The translations under genes were made by a program, and so were the position numbers. The notes beneath the pieces were generated by a model. The model did not search any database and was not told the DNA's origin. It saw only the letters and a program-made list of their open reading frames with translations. A DNA stretch of 56,967 nucleotides from an uncultured Candidatus Saccharibacteria bacterium. Lineage in GTDB: Bacteria; Patescibacteriota; Minisyncoccia; Minisyncoccales; CAYZYK01. Where the stretch lies: positions 1 to 56,967 of the forward strand of contig CAZDPT010000004.1 in assembly GCA_964507665.1 (NCBI GenBank). Direction: 5' to 3'. Positions 34,109 through 43,449 of this stretch are shown piece after piece (position 1 is the stretch's first letter; every line of letters starts with the position of its first letter).

Positions 34109-36535
34109 ATGTATCAAAAATTAGAAAACCTGAGCCTTTGGGTGATAAAAATAGGAGTGGTTTTGTGTCTTTTTGTTCCTTTGATAATTTATGTTGGGGT
34201 TCCTTATCCAAATATTTTTCCCAAAACAATATTTTTTAGAACCGTAGTTGAGGTTCTTTTTGTTTTTTATATTTTTTTAATTTTATTTAAACCCAAAACC
34301 TATTTACCTAAATTTTCTTTTCTTTCTTTGTCTGTTTTAGTTTTTATAAGTGTTCTTACTGTCTCTAGTATCTTGGGAATAAATCCTTATCGTAGTTTTT
34401 GGGGTACATTAGTCAGGGGAGAGGGTTTGATTACTTATTTTCACTTACTCTGGTTTTTTATAATAGTGATGGGTGTTTTTGATAATAAAAAGTCACATTC
34501 TTGCGGTTACAAATCCCTCTCTGATTTAAATGGTTTTTTTAGTTCCAGAAATTCATTATTTTCTAACTTTAAATCTTTCATATCTCAAGTTCCATTAAGA
34601 TTAACGAAACTGAGAAAAAAAATTGACTAGTTCTTTCTTTTTTCAATTACAGCCTTTGTCAGTTTTTTAGTTTCTGTTACTCTTTTAGTTCAGAAGTTTG
34701 GGATTTTTTCTTTTTACAGCCAAGACCCCAGCCGACCTAGTGGAACCTTGGGCAATCCAGATTTTGTTCCGGGAGTTTTAATTTTCGGTATATTTTTGGG
34801 TATCTTTTTAATTAAAAAGAGTAAAAAAAAGATAACAAAAGCAATATTTGGATTAATTATTTTAATGAATCTTTTTGTTTTGTTTCTTACCAAAACAAGA
34901 AGCGGCTGGATAGGAGCGGGCTTGGGTTTTTCTTTTTTAATTATCTCTTTTCTGGTATATTCTTTTAAACAAAATAAATTTTCTTTTTTTAGAAAACTAA
35001 TCCTTTCTTTGGTTTTAATTCTATTATTGTTATTTTTTGGAATATCTTTAATGCAAAATATTCCAGAAATAGAAGAGAACCCTTATTTCATAAGAATTTT
35101 CTCTCTTCTGAATTATAAGAAGGTTTTGAAAACAAGGTTAGTTGCTTGGGAGACTGCAATTGATGGCTTCCGGGAAAGACCAATAATTGGTTGGGGCCAG
35201 GAAAGTTTCAATTTTGTTTATGATAAACATTTTAAAACAAAACACCTTTCTGTTTTTCCAGACGGGAGGGCTTTTGATAGGGCTCACAACAAAATCCTTC
35301 AATTGTTAGTAGTGAGTGGAATTTTGGGGGCTTTGAGTTATATTTTAATTTTTGTACTTATTTTTTATTATCTCTTTCGTTCCGGTTCTCGGTTTAAAAA
35401 TTTTGACTCTTTCTGCCTGGGAGCTTTGTTCTTGGGTTATTTTGTTCAAAATCTATTTATTTTCGATATTCTCTCAAGTTATATTTTCTTTCTTTTAGTT
35501 TTAGGTTTTATTAATAATTTTGTAACCAAAGAAAAAGAAGAAAGAGAGAAAGAAGAAAAATTGAAATTAAAAAAGCTAAAAACAGTAATTATTTTTTTAA
35601 TTATTGTTTTTGTTGGTTTTACCTTTTATGAAGTTAATCTGAAGCCTTTTCTTTCTGCTTCTTTGTTTATTGAAGGGGTTAATCAAACAGGAAGAAATTG
35701 TACTCTTTCCTCTGAGAACTTCCAGAAATCTTTTAAGTACAACACCTACTTGAATCCGGAACTTGGAGGAATAGGAGCTAGACATATCTTTTCTGTTTTC
35801 AACGAAATTAAAGACAAAGAATGTAGAGAAATTATGTTTAATGACTCTCTTCTTTTCAGGGACGCAATAAAACAGGGAGTTCAAACTCCGAACATTAAAT
35901 ATGCTGGTTTTTTAAGGGTTTTGGGAAGATTAAATGAAGACCTTTATTTATTAAGTGGTGATCTACAATATTTAACAGAAGCAGAGAAAATCTTAAAGAA
36001 AGCTTTAAAATTTAAAAACCAACAAATCTTAGTTTATCGTTCTTTGGGTAGATTAAAAATGTGGCAAAACAAAGAGAAAGAAGGGTTAGAATTTTACAAA
36101 AAAGCATTATTTTTGAATCTTAACTTGGGTTCTCTTTTTAAATTTCATAAAAGATTAGCTACAGTTTATCGAGAATTGGAAAAACCAGAAAAAGAAGAAT
36201 ATCATTTAAAAAGGGCCAAGAGAGTAAGTTATGTTAAAAATTATCCAGATCTCTATTCTATTTTCCGTTTAGCTGAAATTCAGAGAAAGGCAGGAAATAT
36301 TAAAGCTCAAGATAGGTTATTTAAAGAAGCAACAGAACAATACAAAAAAGCAATAAAGATTAGAGAAGAAAAAGGTCAAGAATTTAAACTCAATCTTTAT
36401 GCTGATTTAGCATCAATTTACAACATAATGGGCAAAAAAGAGGAAGCAGAAAGAGTAGTTCGTGAAATCTTAAAAAAAGCCCCCCATTTAGAATCGGATG
36501 TACAAAGAATGCTTAAAACTATTGAAGAGAACTGA
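34109..36535 (+). pseudogene. O-antigen ligase-like (Wzy_C) polytopic protein with C-terminal TPR repeats, interrupted by one in-frame TAG (34628-34630)
   Basis: ORFs 34109-34630 and 34748-36535 are in the same frame. The stretch 34631-34747 is open and encodes TM-like sequence ('FFLFSITAFVSFLVSVTLLVQKFG...RPSGTLGNPDF'). 'TKTRSGWIG' is a Wzy_C-type motif. Confidence 0.65.
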
Positions 36536-36669
36536 AAGATAGGAAAGTTATCCACACCCCTCTCTTGATATTTACTCTTTTTTCTTGCTAAAATGAGTCA
36601 ATAGTATTAAAATACTATAAAGGCCGAAAGTTAAAATTTTAAATAATTAAATAAAATATTTTGATTCGC

Positions 36670-37155
36670 ATGGATAGTTCTAGAATAACTATTTTAGTAT
36701 TAGCTTCCCTCTCTTTGTTAATAGCCATAGCTGTTATCGCAGCAGAAGGTTCAGTCACAGCTACAGTTACTATTGAAAATGTTGCTGTTTCAGTAACAGA
36801 TGGTGAAGTAGTTTACGGTACATTGGGATTGAATACTTCAACTGACACTGTGGCTTTGGGAGACAGTCAGACCGTAAGCAATGATGGTAATGTAGACGCA
36901 GATTTTACTACTGCAGGTCAAGATAGTGCTACTTGGACATTGGCTGGAACAGCAGGTAGTGATCAATACAAACATGAATTTTCCTCAGATAGTGGTTCAA
37001 CCTGGACTGCTCTGACAACTTCCTATCAAGACCTGGCTTTAAGTGTTGCTACATCTGCTACTGTCGGGTTGGATTTACAGATAACTACTCCAACAGCTAC
37101 TTCCAGTTACGAAGAACAAAGTGTTGATGTAACAGTTCAGGCTACTGCCTCTTAA
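36670..37155 (+). CDS. secreted single-domain beta-sandwich protein (possible fibre subunit; Asp-box SSDSGSTW)
   Basis: Signal peptide ('...VIAAEG'). The whole mature part is homologous to the two halves of the split domain in the 32293 gene. Confidence 0.7.
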   Translation: MDSSRITILVLASLSLLIAIAVIAAEGSVTATVTIENVAVSVTDGEVVYGTLGLNTSTDTVALGDSQTVSNDGNVDADFTTAGQDSATWTLAGTAGSDQYKHEFSSDSGSTWTALTTSYQDLALSVATSATVGLDLQITTPTATSSYEEQSVDVTVQATAS

Positions 37156-37172
37156 TAAATCAGATAGAGATT

Positions 37173-37769
37173 ATGCGTAAGTTTGCTCTGATTTTGTTGG
37201 CACTTGCTTTGCTATTTCCTTTGATTAGTTTTGGGAAACTGGGGGTAGGAGTAGGTGCTGGTAAAATAAAAGTGGATAAGGATTTAAAACCGGGAGGTGT
37301 TTATAACCTCCCTTCTGTGCCTGTTTTAAACACGGGAGATGAACCCGCAGATTACGGAATGGAGATTGCCTATCATGAAAAGCAATCTCAATTCCGACCC
37401 TCCAAAAGTTGGTTTGAATTTATCCCTTCTCAATTTCATTTAGAGCCAGGAAAAATAAAATCAGTTAAAATAAAATTAACTTTACCAGTAAAAGCCAGAC
37501 CAGGGGATTATTTTGCTTATCTTGAAGCTCATCCTATCCAAGAAGAAACAGGCGGGGCTACCATTGGAATAGCAGCAGCAACTAAGCTTTATTTTACAAT
37601 AGTTCCTACTAATATATTCTCTGCTGTTTTTTGGAGATTAAAATCTCTTTATGAAATTTATTATCCTTGGCCACCGATTGTACTAATTCTTATAATCGGA
37701 GCTGTGGCTGTGGTTTTGTTTAGGAAGCACTTTAGATTCAACGTCAGTATCAGAAAGAAAAAAGAATAA
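37173..37769 (+). CDS. secreted Ig-like protein with C-terminal TM anchor
   Basis: Signal peptide, beta-rich region ('EPGKIKSVKIKLTLPVKARPGDYFAYLEA'), and C-terminal helix 'PPIVLILIIGAVAVVLF' followed by a basic tail. Confidence 0.6.
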   Translation: MRKFALILLALALLFPLISFGKLGVGVGAGKIKVDKDLKPGGVYNLPSVPVLNTGDEPADYGMEIAYHEKQSQFRPSKSWFEFIPSQFHLEPGKIKSVKIKLTLPVKARPGDYFAYLEAHPIQEETGGATIGIAAATKLYFTIVPTNIFSAVFWRLKSLYEIYYPWPPIVLILIIGAVAVVLFRKHFRFNVSIRKKKE

Positions 37770-37785
37770 TTATTATTTTGTTAAA

Positions 37786-38958
37786 ATGGATGAAACCAGA
37801 AATTTTCTAATTTTTTGTTTGATAGTAATGGTAACTGTCGTTTCTACGACAGTTTTTATTTTTAATGAAGTTGGAGCTCAATCTTCAGCAGTTACAGCAA
37901 CAATAAAAATAAGTGTTTGTGGTAATAATGTTAAAGAAACAGGTGAGGAGTGTGATAATGATGATTTAGCAGGAGAAACATGTCTTAGTTTAGGTTATAC
38001 TGGTGGTAGTTTAAGTTGTGCAGCAGACTGTACTTTTGATGAATCCCAGTGTACAGGACCTGTTTGTGGTAATGGGGTTGTGGAAACAGGGGAGGATTGT
38101 GATGGAAGTAACCTGAACGGGCAAGATTGTCAAAGTTTAGGTTATGCTTCGGGAACTTTAAGTTGTAATTCTAATTGTAGTTTTGATACTTCCCGTTGTT
38201 TGAAAGGAGGGAGATTGGAGCCTATTCCAGTTACACCTCCAACAAAGATGATTATTAAAGGTAAAGCTTATCCTGCAGGCAGTATTATTGTTTTAAGGGA
38301 TGGTAAAAAAATTAAAACAATAACAGCTGATTCTGAAGCAGACTTTGAAGCAGATATTGATGCTAACGGTGGCACTTGGACCTTTGGTCTGAGAGCAAAA
38401 GACAAACAAGGAAAAGAATCGCCTGTTTTTAATTTCACAGTTACTCTGGAGTGGCAAAAAACAACTATTGCCAGGGATATTCTTTTAGCCCCAACTATTG
38501 AAGTTGGAAAGACTTTTTTGAAAAAAGGTGAAGAACTTAACATATTTGGCCAAACTGCTCCAGGAAGCAAAGTTTCAATTTATATTAATTCTGAAAAAGA
38601 GATAGTCAAAGAGACAGAAGCAGACCAGGACGGAATCTGGTTTTATACTCTGGACACTTCTAGTTTATCTTCTGGGGGACATACCATTTACGCTAGAGCT
38701 GTATCTTCTGATAATTTAATTTCTTCATTTTCTCGAAGTTTAAACTTTTTTATCGGAGAAAAAGCTCCGAAAGAAGAATTACCCCCAGAATTCCCTTATT
38801 TAACCACCGATTTAAATAAGGATGGTAAGGTGGATATAGTTGATTTTTCAATCTTGCTTTATTGGTGGGGGGAAGATAACCCTGATGTTGATTTAAATGA
38901 GAATGGAATAGTAGACCTACCTGATTTCTCAATTTTAATGTATTATTGGACAGGTTAA
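37786..38958 (+). CDS. secreted Cys-rich-repeat protein with C-terminal dockerin
   Basis: Two 'CGNxVxETGExCD...C' repeats, Ig-like middle region, and C-terminal duplicated Ca-loop motif 'DLNKDGKVDIVDFSILL...DLNENGIVDLPDFSILM'. Confidence 0.7.
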   Translation: MDETRNFLIFCLIVMVTVVSTTVFIFNEVGAQSSAVTATIKISVCGNNVKETGEECDNDDLAGETCLSLGYTGGSLSCAADCTFDESQCTGPVCGNGVVETGEDCDGSNLNGQDCQSLGYASGTLSCNSNCSFDTSRCLKGGRLEPIPVTPPTKMIIKGKAYPAGSIIVLRDGKKIKTITADSEADFEADIDANGGTWTFGLRAKDKQGKESPVFNFTVTLEWQKTTIARDILLAPTIEVGKTFLKKGEELNIFGQTAPGSKVSIYINSEKEIVKETEADQDGIWFYTLDTSSLSSGGHTIYARAVSSDNLISSFSRSLNFFIGEKAPKEELPPEFPYLTTDLNKDGKVDIVDFSILLYWWGEDNPDVDLNENGIVDLPDFSILMYYWTG

Positions 38959-38981
38959 AATTTCTATAAGATTTAATTTTT

Positions 38982-39917
38982 ATGGTGAAAATAAAATTTC
39001 TAAAGCACAAGAAAATTAAGATTTTGGTTCTAATTTTAATCTTTATTTTTTATCCAGTTTTTGTTTTTGGAGCCAAATTATATTTTAAACCAGCTCAGGC
39101 TGAATATTATCAAGGCCAAACTTTTATTGTTGAATTGAGAATTAACACCGAGAAGGATTGTATTAATGCAATAGAAGGTAATTTAGTTTTTTCTAAGGAT
39201 GCTCTTTCTGTAATTGATTTCAGCCAGGGTAATTCTATTTTAACTCTGTGGACAAAAACTCCCGAGATAAACCAAAAAGAAGGATTAATTTCATTTGCTG
39301 GAGGAATACCAGCTGGTTTTTGTGGCCAAATACCAGGTGATCTTAAAGAAAGTAATTTATTGGGTAAAATAATATTTGAAGTAAAAGAGGGTTCTGGGAG
39401 GAAAGCGGAAGTTAGATTCAATAACACCTCCCGTGTCTTTTTGAATGATGGTTTGGGAACTGAGGCTGATTTTAATACAAGTAAAGCTGTTTTTAATATT
39501 CTGAAGAGTGAAAAACCCCCAGAGAATGAATGGCAACAACAGATTCAAGAAGATAATATTCCCCCCGAGGCCTTTCAAATAGAGATTCAACAAGAAGCCG
39601 ATGTTTTTGATGGAAAATATTTTATTGTTTTCTCAACTACAGATAAACAAACTGGAATTGATTATTATGAGGTAAAAGAAGGGGATAGAGATTGGAAAAG
39701 AGGTCAGAGTCCGTATTTGTTGGAAAATCAAACTTTAAGCGATATAATAAAAGTTAGAAGTTGGGATAAAGCAGGCAACAAAACAATTGCAGAATATAAT
39801 TCCTCTCAAGTAAAGAAAAGAGACCAGGTTTTGTTAATATTAATTTCAGTTGGTATTTTAATAAGCGGAATTGTAATTTGGATAATTAGGAGAAAATATA
39901 ATGAGAAATACAAATAA
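38982..39917 (+). CDS. cohesin-like domain surface protein with C-terminal TM anchor
   Basis: N-terminal 'LYFKPAQAEYYQGQTFIVELRINT..INAIEGNLVFSKDAL' cohesin-like module. C-terminal TM helix. Confidence 0.6.
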   Translation: MVKIKFLKHKKIKILVLILIFIFYPVFVFGAKLYFKPAQAEYYQGQTFIVELRINTEKDCINAIEGNLVFSKDALSVIDFSQGNSILTLWTKTPEINQKEGLISFAGGIPAGFCGQIPGDLKESNLLGKIIFEVKEGSGRKAEVRFNNTSRVFLNDGLGTEADFNTSKAVFNILKSEKPPENEWQQQIQEDNIPPEAFQIEIQQEADVFDGKYFIVFSTTDKQTGIDYYEVKEGDRDWKRGQSPYLLENQTLSDIIKVRSWDKAGNKTIAEYNSSQVKKRDQVLLILISVGILISGIVIWIIRRKYNEKYK

Positions 39918-41253
39918 AAATTTATCTAAAAGTCACCCTTTTCCTTTAAAAATACTCTATATATTAGTGTTTGGGTTAATATTAAGTTTCTGTTTTCTAC
40001 CTCAAACAACTGAAGCAAAGGGAGCTTCTTTGTATTTATCTCCCTCTTCTGGGACTTTTAAAGTGGGAAGCACTTTTGATGTTTCTATTTTTGTTAACAC
40101 CGGTGGGGAAAGTATTAATGCAGTTGAAGTTAATCTAAAATTTGACCCTAAAAAGGTTCAGATAACAACTCCTAGTACTGGAAAATCATTTGTTTCAGTT
40201 TGGATTTCCCAGCCCACCTTCTCTAATATTAGAGGAACAGCAAGTTTTAGAGGCGGGGTTCCTTCTCCGGGAATTAATACTTCCTCTGCTTTAGTTTCGA
40301 CTGTTACCTTCCGGACTATTTCTCCGGGTGATACTGCCATTTCTATTGAGAGGTCCTCTCGGGTTCTATTAGATGATGGTAAAGGAACTGATATTTTAAC
40401 TTCTTTAGGAAAAGGGAATTACAAAATTATTATACCTCCAGCTATGGGACCTTTGGTTTCATCTTCTACTCATCCTGATCAAAATGAATGGAGTAAAAAT
40501 AATAGTCCTTGTTTTCAGTGGCAAAAAGAAAGCAGAGTAACAGATTTCAGTTATAGTATAGATAATGATTTTGGAGGAATACCAGATAATATTTCAGAGG
40601 GAGATGAAACTTCTGTTTGCTTCTCTGACTTGGAAGATGGAATGTGGTATTTTCATATTAAAGCTAAAAGAGGCGGTAACTGGGGTGGGGTTACTCATTA
40701 TCTGGTTCAAATAGATACTACCCCGCCAGCTTCTTTTTATCCTAAATTTGAGCCTCTTTTTGATAGTACTGAAACCACTCAAGATCCAATAATTTATTTT
40801 GATACCACCGATGTTCTTTCTGGAATAAGCTATTATGCTTTAAAGGTTATTAATCTTAAAGGAGCTTTAGAAAAACAAGAAACAGGACTTTTTACAGAAG
40901 TTCAAAGTCCTTATAAATTATCCTCTCTTGATCATGGGGGATATGAAGTAGTAATCAGAGCTTACGATAAAGCTATGAATTGGACCGATGGTTCAGCAAA
41001 AATTGATGTTATTGCTTCTGGTAAGTCAGTTTTTGTTACAAAAAAAGGAATTAATATCTGGATGATTTTTCTCGATTGGTGGAAAATAACTTTGGTTTTA
41101 GGGGGATTATTATTCTTCATTTTAATAATTGCTTTCTTCTATTGGAGAAGTTATAAAAATGCTCACCGAAAAAGAGAAACCCTTAAAACTTTTAAAAAGA
41201 ATACAGAAAAAGAGAAAGAAAAAGTAAAAGGTAAATTAAAGGAAGTTAAATAA
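39901..41253 (+). CDS. cohesin-like domain surface protein, paralog 2, C-terminal TM + Lys-rich tail
   Basis: 'LYLSPSSGTFKVGSTFDVSIFVNTGGESINAVEVNLKFDPKKV' plus the shared 'THPDQNEW...WYFHIKA...IDTTPP' domain. Confidence 0.65.
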   Translation: MRNTNKNLSKSHPFPLKILYILVFGLILSFCFLPQTTEAKGASLYLSPSSGTFKVGSTFDVSIFVNTGGESINAVEVNLKFDPKKVQITTPSTGKSFVSVWISQPTFSNIRGTASFRGGVPSPGINTSSALVSTVTFRTISPGDTAISIERSSRVLLDDGKGTDILTSLGKGNYKIIIPPAMGPLVSSSTHPDQNEWSKNNSPCFQWQKESRVTDFSYSIDNDFGGIPDNISEGDETSVCFSDLEDGMWYFHIKAKRGGNWGGVTHYLVQIDTTPPASFYPKFEPLFDSTETTQDPIIYFDTTDVLSGISYYALKVINLKGALEKQETGLFTEVQSPYKLSSLDHGGYEVVIRAYDKAMNWTDGSAKIDVIASGKSVFVTKKGINIWMIFLDWWKITLVLGGLLFFILIIAFFYWRSYKNAHRKRETLKTFKKNTEKEKEKVKGKLKEVK

Positions 41254-41258
41254 TTTTT

Positions 41259-42992
41259 ATGAAAAAAACTAACAAAAAGATTAAAATAATAATTTCTTTT
41301 TTGAGTTTGTTGTTAGCAGTTTTTTTAAATCTCATCTTATTCCAACAAATAGAAGCTGGAAATGGCGCTCTCCTTATTTCACCTTCAAGTGACACTTTTA
41401 TTATTGGAAAAAGTTTTCAGGTTCAGGTTCAGGTAGACACAGCAGGGGTTCCAATTAACGCTGCTACAGTTACTATTTATTTTCCTGAAGATAAATTAGA
41501 AGTTTTGGATATTTCCAAAGAGAATTCTATTTTTTCTCTCTGGACAGAAAAACCTTCCTTTTCTAATTCAGCTGGAGAAATATCATTTTCTGGAGGATTA
41601 CCTCATCCTGGTTTTACCGGAACAGGAAATTTAATTACTATTAATTTTAAATCTAAGAATAAAGGAACTTTTAAAATCAATTTAGGTGAAGGTCAAGTTT
41701 TAGCTGATGATGGTAAAGCAACAAACATTTTATCTATTTTAAAAGAAGGCAAATATTTAATTAAAGAGGAAAGACTCACTTCCGAAAAAAAAGAGAGTGC
41801 CAGAGGAGAGATTCCTTCATCTCCTGAAGTTTTCTCCCCCACCCATCCTCAAGAAGAGGAATGGTACAGTAACAATTATGCTAGCTTTGGCTGGGAAGTG
41901 GGGGATGATATAACTGGAGCAAGTTTTATTTTTAACAAAACTCCCGACAGTATACCTGATGTTATTTCAGAAGGTAAGATGAACTCTAAAATCTATTGGG
42001 ATATTGAAGATGGAGTTTGGTATTTTCACCTTAGAGTAGTAAACGAAACAGGATGGGGTAAGACCTCACATTACAAAATCCAAGTTGATACAAAGACCCC
42101 CGAGTCACCGAATATATTAATTGATAATCAGGGAGACTCAACTAACCCTAACCCTAATTTGTATCTTGAAACAAAAGATAATACTTCGGGTGTAAGTCAT
42201 TACCAAGTTAGAATTGGGGAAGAAAGATTCTCTGATTTAACAACAGCTAAAGTTAACCCCTTTCCTTTGTCTGCTTTGTCTCCTGGAATTCATTCGATTG
42301 TGGTGAGAGCAGCAGATAGAGCAGGGAATAATATTGAATCAGGAACAGAACTAGAAATAGAACCAATTGAGAGTCCCAAAGTTACTGTCTGGCCAAAGAA
42401 ATATATTTCTGGGGAAGAAATATTCTATATTGAAGGTGTCTCTTTGCCCGAAGTTGAAGTTTCTATCTTTTTGGAAAAGGGGAGTGAAACAATTAAAAAA
42501 TGGAAAACTACCAGCAACGAAAAAGGAGAGTGGTTCTTCTCCACAAAAGAACTATTTGAACCTGGAACTTATTATTTATCTGCTAAAGCTCAAGATGAAA
42601 GAGGAGCGGTGAGTGATTTCTCAGAAAAAAGAGAAATTAAAATTTCTCTAAGTGGTATATCTTTGGGCCCCCTTATAATCTCCTTTAAGACAATAATTCT
42701 AATTTTAATCTCCCTTGTTCTTTTAGGTATTGTGGTGATAACCTACTTTATTTACAGAACTAAAAAAGAAAAGGAGATATTAAGAAAAGAAACCAAGGAA
42801 GTAAGAGAGACTTTAGCTGATTCTCTGGCTGATTTGAAAAAAGAAATTGAACAAAAAATTGAAATGTTTGATTCCCAGCCCGGTTTCAGTGAAAAAGAAA
42901 GAAGAGTTTATGAAAGTTTGAAAAAGGTTCTGGAGAGAACCGAAAGTAAAGTAAACAAAGAAATTGAGGACATAGAAAGAGAACTAGGATAA
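41259..42992 (+). CDS. cohesin-like domain surface protein, paralog 3, C-terminal TM + coiled-coil cytoplasmic tail
   Basis: 'LLISPSSDTFIIGKSFQVQVQVDTAGVPINAATVTIYFPEDKL' plus the shared 'THPQEEEW...WYFHLRV...VDTKTP' domain. Confidence 0.65.
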   Translation: MKKTNKKIKIIISFLSLLLAVFLNLILFQQIEAGNGALLISPSSDTFIIGKSFQVQVQVDTAGVPINAATVTIYFPEDKLEVLDISKENSIFSLWTEKPSFSNSAGEISFSGGLPHPGFTGTGNLITINFKSKNKGTFKINLGEGQVLADDGKATNILSILKEGKYLIKEERLTSEKKESARGEIPSSPEVFSPTHPQEEEWYSNNYASFGWEVGDDITGASFIFNKTPDSIPDVISEGKMNSKIYWDIEDGVWYFHLRVVNETGWGKTSHYKIQVDTKTPESPNILIDNQGDSTNPNPNLYLETKDNTSGVSHYQVRIGEERFSDLTTAKVNPFPLSALSPGIHSIVVRAADRAGNNIESGTELEIEPIESPKVTVWPKKYISGEEIFYIEGVSLPEVEVSIFLEKGSETIKKWKTTSNEKGEWFFSTKELFEPGTYYLSAKAQDERGAVSDFSEKREIKISLSGISLGPLIISFKTIILILISLVLLGIVVITYFIYRTKKEKEILRKETKEVRETLADSLADLKKEIEQKIEMFDSQPGFSEKERRVYESLKKVLERTESKVNKEIEDIERELG

Positions 42993-43004
42993 AGATTAAT
43001 TATT

Positions 43005-43379
43005 ATGAGGGAAGATAAATTTGAGAAAATAGTAAGAGAAGCAATTGAAGGAATTCCAAAGAGGTTTTTGGAGAAGTTGAATAATGTAGATATTTGTATT
43101 GAAAAGGAACCTACTCCTTACCAATTGAAGAAAATTAAAAAAAGGAAAAACTCTTTAATTTTTGGATTATATCAAGGAGTACCCAAAACAAAAAGAAGGA
43201 ATTATGGGGGAGTGTTGCCAGATAAAATAACTATTTTTAAGGACCCCGTTGAGAGAATAGCACGAAACAGGAAAGAAGTTAAAGAAATTGTTAAAAACAC
43301 AATCTGGCATGAAATAGCTCATCATTTTGGAATGTCAGAGAAGAGGGTGAGAATTGCTGAAACAAAAAGAAATAATTGA
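43005..43379 (+). CDS. small zincin-like metallopeptidase (Zincin_1-type)
   Basis: 124 aa. HExxH in 'TIWHEIAHHFG'. Contains 'LPDKITIF'. Confidence 0.65.
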   Translation: MREDKFEKIVREAIEGIPKRFLEKLNNVDICIEKEPTPYQLKKIKKRKNSLIFGLYQGVPKTKRRNYGGVLPDKITIFKDPVERIARNRKEVKEIVKNTIWHEIAHHFGMSEKRVRIAETKRNN

Positions 43380-43449
43380 TAATCTTCTTTAATAAAAGAT
43401 ATAATAGAAATATAAAGGTTAAAATTAAACTAATTTTTACTAAATTGTT

